The translations under genes and the position numbers were made by a program. Below are positions 48,832 to 59,304 of a stretch of DNA of 64,000 bases, in pieces. The notes beneath the pieces are model-generated. The model worked only from the letters and a program-made list of their open reading frames with translations, made no database searches and was not told the origin of the DNA. Position 1 is the first letter of the stretch, and each line of letters opens with the position of its first letter. The DNA is from the human T2T-CHM13v2.0 reference genome, Homo sapiens, in NCBI RefSeq assembly GCF_009914755.1, contig NC_060938.1; one strand, given 5' to 3'.

Positions 48832-51800
48832 TCTGTCACTTGTCCGAGGAAGCCCTCTTAGCCCCCTGGATGGATGGGGGCATCTCTGTCTCCACAGCCC
48901 CCAGGCCTGTGATTTGGGGGTCCCAGGTCTGTTGCCCCCAAATAGGCAATGGTCCTGGGAGGGTAGGAGCTGCGCCCGAGTGGTCCCATGACGGATGCTC
49001 GCCACTTGTGGTCAGAGCCCCTGGGCCCCCAGACTTGGGGCTGCCACCTTCCCTCGCTGCTTGGAGCCTGGCCCGGCTTCCACTGCTGCCAGGGCCACCT
49101 TTGTGCCTGGCAGTGGCACCCGCCTCGGGGATCCGCAGGGTGGGGTGCCTGGCATCAGCAGCATTCCCAGCTGAGCCCAGGTGTCACAGGCTTTGGTGGC
49201 AGCCTGGGGAGGTGTGAGGGGGCACGGCTCCCTGGCTGGCAGGCGGGGCACTGGCTAACTCTACCAGGAAGGGCTCTGCTCGGGAGGCCGTGGAGCTCGG
49301 AGCTCCCAGTTACTGTTGGGGAGGGAGCCCGGGGAAGGGCCGGGAGGGAGGAAGCCTGGGTGGGCCCAGCCTCGCTGTGCAGCCTCTGTGGGACCTGGGC
49401 TTTCTCTTCCCTGGACAGGCGGTGCTGCCTCCGGGATTCCCTGTGGTTCAGCATGTGATGGGTGGAGGGCACGTCCTTGTGCTCGTCTTGTCTCTCTTGC
49501 TTCTTTGGGGTCCCAGGGGTTGAGGATGGGCATTTGGGGGAGGACTTGAGCTTGAGGGATGTGAACCATTGTCCTCTGAACACCAGCCAGAAGCAGAGAT
49601 GGAGCCCTAGCGGCTTCCGGGGTACAAGCTTTATGTCGGGGCAGGGACGTGCTCTGGGGGAGTCTGGCCGTGGTCACATGTGGGCTGGGTGGGGATGGGA
49701 TTGTGGCCGCTGGCCTCACTGCCTCTCTGCTGCCAGGTAGAGGACAGGGAAGGAGGGGGACTGCAGGCTACCCCCAAACCTTCAGCTGCTCAGAGTCCTG
49801 CTGGAGGGGCTTGTGAGGGTTTGGAGTGGGCTAAGGGAATGGGACTGGGGCCTTCCCAAAGCTCCCTTAAGTACCCTGGAAGGATCTCTTATTTGGGAAT
49901 CAGAAGAGCTGGTTTTTCCCTTAAGTAACAAAGAAAGTCTAGTTCTTCTCTTCCTTTGCCTGCTAGGAAGCTCACAGCAAATGTGCTGCTCAGCTCTGGG
50001 CCGCGTGGGACTTTTCTTCTGCTCTAATGGGAACGGGTCATTCTTTTTGTTCCAGTTATGACTGACTGTAGTTGCATGGTTTTGTTTTTAGCTTATATTT
50101 TGTAGTTCCTGCGAGCCACCGCACAATCTTTGTGCAAGACAGTGTGGGCTATGAGTAAATAAGTAAGAGTAAAAGTGGACTGACCGTGCCTTGGTCGTGT
50201 CTGCTTCAGCCTGTTCATCTGGTCCATGGAAGCGGAGCTTGTGCTGTTGGGGGGAGTGGCTGTCAGCTGGGCTTTCCCTGGTTCCTGGTGGCAGCCAGGC
50301 TGGGTGGTCTGGCCTTTGGAAGTCCTGGCCCAGGAATGGGCAGCCCTCGTCAGCCTCTGAGCTCTGCACCCACGCTGCTCCCTTCCTGCTGGGGTGAACA
50401 CTGTGCTTGGTGAGACTTTCTCAGGGCAGGCTCTGGAGGCTGCCACCCCCACCACGGTGTGTCCTTGTCCTGCGGGGCCTCAGTTTCCCGCCTGTGAACA
50501 GTCCTTGGGCTGCGTCGTCACTGTTGCTTCTTCCGGCGCTCAGGGTCACTTTTCCTTCCAGTGTCACAGTGTCTCCGTTTCGTTCACGGGCGTGCCCTGG
50601 CCATAGCTGCCTCTCCAGGATGGAGTCTTCTAGGCAGGACCCGTGGGCTGGGGTGGCCCGAGGCCCTCCGCAGGGCTGCACTGTGCTCCGTGGAGACTCC
50701 CCAGCCCACCTGTCCCCGACCCCAGCAGCATCCCAGGCCTCAGCTGTAGGGCTGGGGATGGGTGGGTGGCCCAGCCCGGTGCCCGGGGCTGATGGCAATG
50801 TGTAGTCCCGCCTGGCCCGGCGCCAGGTCACTCAGCTCAGCGCGCTGCATTGGACCTGGGATGGTCGTGCTTGCGTCCCTCCTGCGCTGGCCTCTGACCC
50901 CATGTGATGGGTGTTGCCTGAGCTTTGGCCTCTGTTTCTGGCGGAGCGTGCCGCATGCTGGCCCTTGCCTGGTGCCCTCAGGGAGCTCTTCCTAAATGTC
51001 CTGTCCCCATCTTCCCTCCCCAGCTCATAGCTTCGGTTCACGGCTGTAGCCCGGCTCTGCCCTCAAAACCCTCACCCCTGCCGCCAACGTGGCCTCCACA
51101 AAGCCCTCGTCCTCCAGCCGCTTGACCTAGCCTGTGGGGGCTGCCCTGAGCAAGGCTGAAAGGCCCCTCCTGCTCTCGTCCCTAGGGCCCCCTCTCCCCG
51201 ACCCCCGCAAATTTGCCTTCACCAGGAAGAAGTGTCAGGCGACCTGGCTCCAAGCTTTATCTTCCACGCCTGGCTCTCCATCTTTTTCTCCTGAGGGTGG
51301 GACTGGGGCCACCCCATCAGCCCAGAGGCTCCCCAAGATGGGGCCAGCAGGGCAGTGGCAAGGGTGCGTCTCTGGGCCCTGGAGTCACCCAGGTCTGAGT
51401 TGGAACCCCAGCTCTGCGACCCTGGTGGTGTGGCCTGAGGCAGGTGTCTCAGTCTCTCTGAGCCTCAGTCTATAAAGGGGTCACAGACTCCTGGTAGCCA
51501 GTGAACAGGGTGGTTGTTTTTGGGGGTGGGTGGCCCCTAGGGCTGTGCAGGGAGGCCTGGGGTACCTGGCAGGGGAGTGTCTGGGTGTTGGGATGGTGCC
51601 AGGGGCCCAGCTTGCCTGCTGGGTGATTGGGAGAAGGCTCGTCCTGGTCCTGCCCAACTTCCTGGCTGCATTTGGTGTTGTGGGAGGGGCTGTAGCTTGT
51701 GGGGCATGGGGTCCCTGCCCTCTATAGATGCCCTAGAGGCCTGTGGGGAGAGGGTCCTGAGGGCGGAGGCCAGGAGGTCTGAACTCATCCCTGTGCCTAC

Positions 51801-54800
51801 CGAGTGGTGGGAAGAGCATGGAGGGCTTGGGCCTGAGGAGCCGGGCAGCGGGTATGCAGAGGGTGGCGACCACCGCAGATCCTCTGTGCCTGCTGCTGCC
51901 CCACGTGGTGGGGAAGAAGTGGGGGCAGCCACAGAGCCAGGCTGTCCCTGGCTTCTCCTTCTCCACTGTGTTTCCATAAGCAAACTGCTGTGACCATGGG
52001 GAGGGCCCTGGGAAGGTGCAGTCCCGGCATCCGGACGGCTCCTGGGGCGGCAGTGTTTGATCTCAGAGTTAAACCAAGGAGACGGGGTGAGGGTCTCCAA
52101 GGGGTGGGCATGTGAAAAGCCCCGAGATGGGCCTGGCTGGAGCTCACGTGGAGACCGCCACGGGGCAGGCCAGGTGACAGGAGGCGGGCGCTCTGGGGGC
52201 TGTGTTTGGAGTGGAGCTGTGCTCCAGCCCTGGGATCCTGGGCACTCTTGGCAGCCTCGTAGGAGGGGCTGGTGGTGTGGACAGTCCTGTGGCCCCTCAC
52301 ATGCAGAGGTTTCCGGGTTTCTGCCCAGGGATGCCTGGGGCCGCTGGGAGGCAGGGGCCTGATTTGAAACCGAGTCCACGGGGCCCCTTGGTTCACCCGG
52401 TGACTGCAGCCTACATGGAGTTGGATTGAGTGTGCAGGTGACCCCCAGGCCCCTGCAGTGCACTGAGCATGCCTCTGAGCATTGGGGCTCCTGATGAGCC
52501 TGCCCCTCTGCCACCCCACCTCGCCGGGGCCATCCTTGCCTGTCTGGCCTTTAACCACCCATAACCCCAGATCCCAGTCATGGCATGCGATGGAGGACAG
52601 GGGAGGCCATTGAGGGGATGAGGGTCTCAATGAGCTTGTCTGTGCCCCGAGCTGCCCAGCTGGACTGGCGCCTGGCACAGGCCCTTGGGGATGGCGTGCC
52701 GGCCAGTGCTGGGTGGACTGGGTTGTGTCCCCGCTCCCTCCCCTCCCAGCAGAGGAGGAAGGGGGTAGGAGGCCTTCAGAGCTGCAGACCCACAGGATGG
52801 GAATGGTCCCTGGAGTCCTGGCTGGCAGACCAGGGAGGGTCTGGGCCTTTGGAGAGGTGCCCAGCTGGGCAGGAGGGGCACCGGGGCAGCCAGGTGTGGC
52901 CAGCCAGTTTCCAGACTGGAGCACCGAGCCCGCTCCTTGCCCCCCGCCCTGATGGGCTGCACCAGACGTGGAAATGTCCTGGACAGCAGGACCTGCGAGG
53001 GCTGCTGCCTGGCCGGGGGTCCCTTCCTGGACCTGTTGTCAGCTCCGGAAACAGCGGCTGCTCGGGGTTGCAGCCCAGCACGCTTTGTTTGGGAAGGAAA
53101 GGGAGGGCAAGATCTGGAGGTCATGGCCCATGGGGTCCTTTTGAGGGCTGCCCACACACGCATGCCTCACTGCGTGGGTCGGGGAGGGGCTTCGGGGCCT
53201 AGTTACCCTCCCAGCGGCCCTGCCAGTGGGTGCCAGAGCTCCTTTGTGGAGACGGGTGATGGGGACTCAGGGAGGGCCCCGTATGGCTGAGGTCTGGGGG
53301 TCTGATGGCGTGGCGTCTCTGAACTGGGAGCAGGACTCCCCTCGCTGTCCCAGGGTGGCCTTACCTGGCGGGGAGGTTTGATCAGCTGTTCTTTCCCATG
53401 GGCAGTGGCTTGGCTGGAGTGGGGAGACTTCTCTCCTGCAGTGACGGGGAGCGGGGAGTCCCCGGTAAAGTCCCCCGGGCCTCACACGCAGGAGAAAATG
53501 GAAGGATTACTTAAAGCAACTCGGAGACCCCAGAAACAAAATAAAGAACAAAGTCATGATTTGTAAGTAGGGGGGAGACTCCCTAAAACCCAGGCGCGCA
53601 ATGGGTGGGCTATGTTTGATGCTAAATTGAATCAAATGAAGAAAAACATTTTCCAAATGCAAGTAAAGTATCTGTGTAATTAGACCATAAAGAGAAAATT
53701 AAAAGTCATATTTCGCAGTGGAGTAATTACTGTCTTCCTCAAGACACCAGGCTGTGGAGGCCTGGGTGACAGGCGGGCCTGCTGGCTGGGGCTTTGAGGA
53801 GTTCAGATTCCTGAAATTGGGGGGCAGTAACCCGTTGGGGGCTTGGGCCAGAGGACCCCGTGAGCTGCCGGGATGGCTGGGAGAGGAGGCCTGGTCCCAC
53901 TGCCCAGCCTGTGCAGAGGTTGGAAGGTGCAGGAAGTGGCCACAGAGCAGGATTTGTTGTTGTTGGCGGTGGGGGCTGTGCGTGGCCGGGGAGGGGGAGG
54001 GGGAGGGGAGGGGCAGGGCTGCAGGGCTGGGCGGCTTTTGTCTCTCTGAGGGCTGCGTCTGGGGTCTGCTGTGCGGGGAGCAGTCAGTGGTGTGGGAGAC
54101 CCTCGCCTTCACCTTCTGGGGCCCAAGATGCCCATCCCTGGGAGCCACCCATGTCAGCAGCGGCCTCCCTGAGCCCCTCCCTGGAGCCCTGAGTGCTGGT
54201 CCCGTGTGCTGAGTGGGGTGCCGAGTTCTCCTCTTGTCTTAGCTGGACAGTGTGCTGGGCCCCAGGCTGGTCCTGCAAATAGGAGGTCTCGGGTCCTCTG
54301 GGCTGGGCTGTGTGGCTCTGAGTGGCCCCGGCAAGCAGCCCTGTGGTTCTGTTCTACCCGAGCAGTCTGTGCCCTGGCCCCTATGCTGTGCCAGCCTGGT
54401 GCAGCCTGGCTGGTGTGATGGCTCAGTGGTGGGGGCGATGGCGCCTGGTCCCATCCAGTGTCTTGCTGTGTTGCCCTAGGCCGGTCTCGCATAAGTGACT
54501 AGGGTTGGAGAGATGGCCCCTGCCCTGTGCCTTGAATTCCTGGGGCCTTGGGTGGGCCTCTCAGTGCCCCCCATGGAGCCTGCTGGGTCGGGGTTGGGTG
54601 GTGAGAGTCCCTGAGAGGAGGGCCTCGTGGCCCGTCCTGGGGAGGGGTGCGTGGCCCACTCGTGGGCTTTCGCTGTGGGGCCCGGCCTCCAGGATGCTGG
54701 CTGGCACCTGGGCTGCTGGGGGAAGGTACCCTGGCCCAGATGCCTGGGCCGCCGCTGTTGCTGAGCAGGTGACCAGCAGCCTCGGCTTGTCCCCAGTGGG

Positions 54801-55437
54801 GGCTTCAGCTTGATGGGCCCCCCTCCAGCACTGGCCCCCAACACCTGGGACTTGGATGCCCGGAGCTCCGAGGCCTGGATAGGGCTGGGGCCTCCCTGGC
54901 AGCTGCTGTCTGAATTCCTGATGGCAAAGCTGGGTGGGGGCTTGGGTGGGGGCCACTTTGGCTTCCTGTCCCCTTTTCCCTGTTGCCCCTCTGCCTGGCC
55001 AGCCCGTGGTGGGTGGTGCATTCTCAGGTCGATCCGGGCTTCCTCCCTCCCCTGCCCTCCACTCTCCTTCCTGCCTCCTGCTGTGCAGCCCTGGAGAGAA
55101 GGGCAGGGTGGGCTTCCCAAGGCCTGAGGTCGCTGGACGGGCAGAGGCTGCCTGGCCTGTCTGGAGGCTCCAGAACGGCGAGCTGGGGGCCGGGCTGCCT
55201 GTCAGGTTGGGTTAATGGCTCCAGCAGGCGGGGACTTCCTTCCCCTTCACACGGGGCCACCAGGGCAGCCTCCTGCTGAGTGGAAAATCAGCATAATCTG
55301 AGCCTGACTGGAAAACAGGCCCTGTCTGCCCTCAGCCTGTGCAGGGGCCAGTTCTGGGTTCTACATGTAGACCTGTGTGCCCACTGGCCGCATCAGCAGA
55401 GCTAAGCGGGGCTCCTGCAGTGTCTGCTCTGGTAGGG

Positions 55438-55568
55438 CCCTCCCCCTCCTGGTCCCCCTCCCCGTCCCCCTCCCCCTCCTCCTCCTCCCCCTTCCCCTTC
55501 TCCTCCTTCCCCTCCTCATCCCCCTCCCCCACCCCCCCTCCTCCTCCTCCTCCCCCTCCTCCTTCTCT
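55438..55568. repeat. C/T-rich low-complexity tract, (CCT)n/(TCCCC)n
   Basis: About 130 nt of nearly pure pyrimidine. Confidence 0.9.
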
Positions 55569-57341
55569 GCAGGGCTCCTTGTGGCTGACCTCAGCGAATC
55601 TCCGAAGCAGCAGGAGGGAGGGGCATTGGCTAATCGGGACCAGACGCGCCAGGCACTTCAGAGGCTCTGCAGGCCCTGGGTTGGAGGAAATCCAGGCCTC
55701 TGGAGTGGCCCATAAATCAGGCAGCTGGGCCTGATGGGGGTCGCCTTTTCATGCGACCTGCCTGGGACTGTGGGGAGTGTGAGGTGGTCCTGGGGGAACA
55801 TGATTGCCGCACATGCTTGGCTGGCACCGGCCACCCTGGACCACAGCTGTTACCACTGTGAGCCTCCAGGGCATCTGTGGACAAGGGCCCAGCCAGCCAA
55901 GGGCAGGCTCAAGGAATGTGGGTGGGGTGACTAAGACACCCCCTCCCCGGGATAATGGGCCTCAGCTTCCTCATCTGAGAAATGGGCACGTTTGAGAAGG
56001 CTGCAGTGCCTTTTGTGGCCAACAGGGTGGCTGCATTGGAGTCCGGTCTTGCCTGGAATCCCTTGAGGCAACATGGCCAGCCATCGAGCCAGGGACTGCC
56101 TGGGGCCAGGTTTCGGGTGGTGGGAAAGTTGGGGGCTGGTGGAGGACCCCTGTCGGGTGGTGTTCGGAAAGCCCTAGGTGGTCACAGCCACAGCAGCGCT
56201 GGGCTGGTGCTGTCCTGGGGGTTGCCCGGGCTGGGTGCCCTATAGCTGAGACACCCCTTGGGGAGGGGGTGCAGACGCAGAGGGCCTGGCCCCCTCCCCA
56301 GAGAGCAGGACAGACACTGGTCCTGACTCTGGCCCTGACTGTTGCAGAGTGGTCCCAAGGAGGGGCAAGGCCAGAGCCTGGTGGGGTGGTGAGGGACACG
56401 GGTGGGCCCCAGAGAGGAGTAAGCCTCTTGGTCGATTCCCTCCCAGTGAGCTTTGCTCTGTGGCTTGTCTCCTTCTTGCTCCTCCTCCTCTTCCTGGAAG
56501 ATGTCACTGCCTCCAGGAAGCCTTCCCTGACTCTGAGGCTGGGTGAGGCGCATCCTCCTCTGGGTTCTTCTGGCTCTTGTTTTTAGCCGTTTCTAGAACC
56601 CAGTCTCAGGGTTCTAGAGAAACCTGTGTGTCCCCCCAGTTCAGGGAAGGGGGCAGTCACCAAACAGGGTGCATCCCAGCGTACAGCTCAGACCTGGGTG
56701 GGGGAGCTGGTGGAGTGTGCGGCGGGGGGTGGGGCCCTGGGCTGTACCCGATCCTGCGGCTCTTGCGCCCCTTCGGTGAGCTCATGTGCCCTCTAGGAGC
56801 GTCTCCGAGGGAGGCCTTCGCTTCTGTTGACACCTTTACAGCAGCACTGATTTGATTTTCCACCTGCCCCACCGGGGCTGGAGACCTGAAGAGGAAGGGA
56901 GAGGGTCTCCTGCCCCTGGCTCTGCCTTGAGTGAGTGTGGGTGAGGGAGGCCCTCGTGGCTCTGAAGAGACGTTGCTTTTAAGGGGCCCTGCTTCTTGCC
57001 AGTCTCCTGCGTGTCCCCGGCCAGGCGGCCTTAGCTGACAGTGGTCCGGTTGTCCGGGAGCCGCAAACCTGCCTTGTTAGCCGCAGGCCGGGGCGCTTAA
57101 TGACGGCTGGGGAAGGTGGACAGTTAACAAGGACATTGTGAGCCTCACGATGAAGCCCGATCATTATTTTCCTGCTGGGCTTGTGTGGGTGAAAGTGTTT
57201 GGGCTTATTAATCTGTTACGGATGGTGCGGTGGCCAGGCGGGAGCTCGCAGCGTCATGGACGGTGAGAGTGCTGGTGGGCTCTGGGTGCCGGCCCTCCCT
57301 CCCCAGGCACTGACCCTGCCTTTGTCCCTTGCTGTCCTCAG

Positions 57342-57788
57342 GATCCTTGCCTCTCTGCCCTGCTTCTCGACAAGCTACCAGCACCTGGGGCCCTGCCAGC
57401 CTGTCGCCCAGAGGCCGAGCGCCGCTGTGACGTCTGCGCCACACACCTGCAGCAGCTCACACGGGAGGCCATGCACCTGCTGCAGGCCCCTGCCAGCCAT
57501 GAGGACCTTGACGCCCCCCATGGAGGCCCCAGCCTCGCACCCCCCAGCACCACGACCAGCTCGAGGGACACGCCAGGACCAGCGGGTCCTGCAGGGAGGC
57601 AGCCAGGACGAGCTGGGCCAGACAGGACCAAGGGGCTGGCCTGGTCCCCCGGGCCCAGTGTCCAGGTGTCTGTAGCACCTGCGGGTCTTGGAGGGGCGCT
57701 GAGCACGGTCACCATCCAGGCCCAGCAGTGCCTGGAGGGCATGTGGAGTGTCTCGCGGGTCAACAGCTTCCTCCCGCCGGCGTGCCTG
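57342..57788 (+). CDS. KIF26A: KIF26A coding exon 3
   Basis: cctcag|GAT...CTG|gtgagt; 447 nt, [12 protein letters not shown]...[16 protein letters not shown]...[26 protein letters not shown]. Confidence 0.95.
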
Positions 57789-58758
57789 GTGAGTGTCTTG
57801 CTCAGCGGATGGGAGCTGCTGGCCTCCTTGTCAGAACTGGGCTTCCTTCGGGGGTCTCTGTCCACGTTGAGTGCCCTGCAGTAAGGCTTCCCTGAAGGGA
57901 GGGGACTGCGGGCATGGGGGTTCCTGACACTCCTGAGGCCCCACATCAGATGCACCCTTGATGGTGCACAGCAGCTGTTCTCAGGTCCCTGCCTGACTCA
58001 GGGAATACCTTCTCTGGGAGCACGTGCCCCTCCCTGTCTGTCTTTTGAGACTGGGGCTGAGGGCCCACCAGTGCCCAGCACAGGGCTTGGCGATGCACAG
58101 GGCACCGTGTGTAGATCGGGGCTCACGAGGCAGATGGAGTAGGAGGGCCCTTGTGGCAGAGCGAGGGCCTGTGTGGAGGCCTGGGGGTGTGAGGCGTCCA
58201 TGGACGTCGGGCGGGGGACCGGCAGTTGCAATTGCTGGAGATGCGTTGCCTGCCCCTGTGGCACCCTGGGGGCAGAGGGACATGTGGGTGGCTGTGAAGA
58301 GCCGTGTTTCTGCCTGGTACACTGTCTAGTCACCACACAGCGACCAGCACAAGCTCGCCCTTCTCCCTTGGTCTCCAGGCCTGGTGGTGTTTCCAGGGGC
58401 AGACAGAGGTGCAGAGACCCCGTAGTCTCTGGGGCAACATTGGCCACTGATCCTAAGGCCAGGCAGACCCTGCCCTTGCCTTCTGGGCTTTCGGCCTCCC
58501 TGTGACTGGTGAGGTGGCCTGTCTGGACATCAAGATCCTGCCCCAGCTGGGGGCTGGCCTTGGCACTAGCTGCCCTGGCAGTGGCTGCTGGGCTGGTCCT
58601 TCTGAGGCTGCTGGGCTGCCCTAGGGGTCGAGGTACGCCGAGGCTCACTGGAGGAACTTCTGGACACCCCCCGGGTCCCAGCTGGTGTGATGGTTCCCCT
58701 GTGGCCTTGGCACCTACACCCTTCCACCTGTGAACTCTGTGGTGAGGCCGAGGAGAGG

Positions 58759-59304
58759 GAGCCCCACCCTTGCCATGAGGTGCCTCCTGGCCCCAGAGCC
58801 GAACCCCACCCTTGCCATGAGGTGCCTCCTGGCCCCAGAGCCGAACCCCACCCTTGCCATGAGGTGCCTCCTGGCCCCAGAGCCGAACCCCACCCTTGCC
58901 ACGAGGTGCCTCCTGGCCCCAGAACCGAACCCCACCCTTGCCACGAGGTGCCTCCTGGCCCCAGAGCCGAACCCCACCCTTGCCATGAGGTGCCTCCTGG
59001 CCCCAGAGCTGAACCCCACCCTTGCCATGAGGTGCCTCCTGGCCCCAGAGCTGAACCCCACCCTTGCCATGAGGTGCCTCCTGGCCCCAGAGCTGAACCC
59101 CACCCTTGCCATGAGGTGCCTCCTGGCCCCAGAGCTGAACCCCACCCTTGCCACGAGGTGCCTCCTGGCCCCAGAGCTGAACCCCACCCTTGCCATGAGG
59201 TGCCTCCTGGCCCCAGAGCTGAACCCCACCCTTGCCATGAGGTGCCTCCTGGCCCCAGAGCTGAACCCCACCCTTGCCATGAGGTGCCTCCTGGCCCCAG
59301 AGCT
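58759..59304. repeat. Minisatellite, 13 x 42 bp, KIF26A intron 3
   Basis: Unit GAACCCCACCCTTGCCA[T/C]GAGGTGCCTCCTGGCCCCAGAGC[C/T]. Confidence 0.97.

Noticed and set aside
51537-53202. 325-375-aa intronic ORFs in KIF26A intron 2
   Set aside because: Overlapping frames with low-complexity composition, no domain and no splice structure
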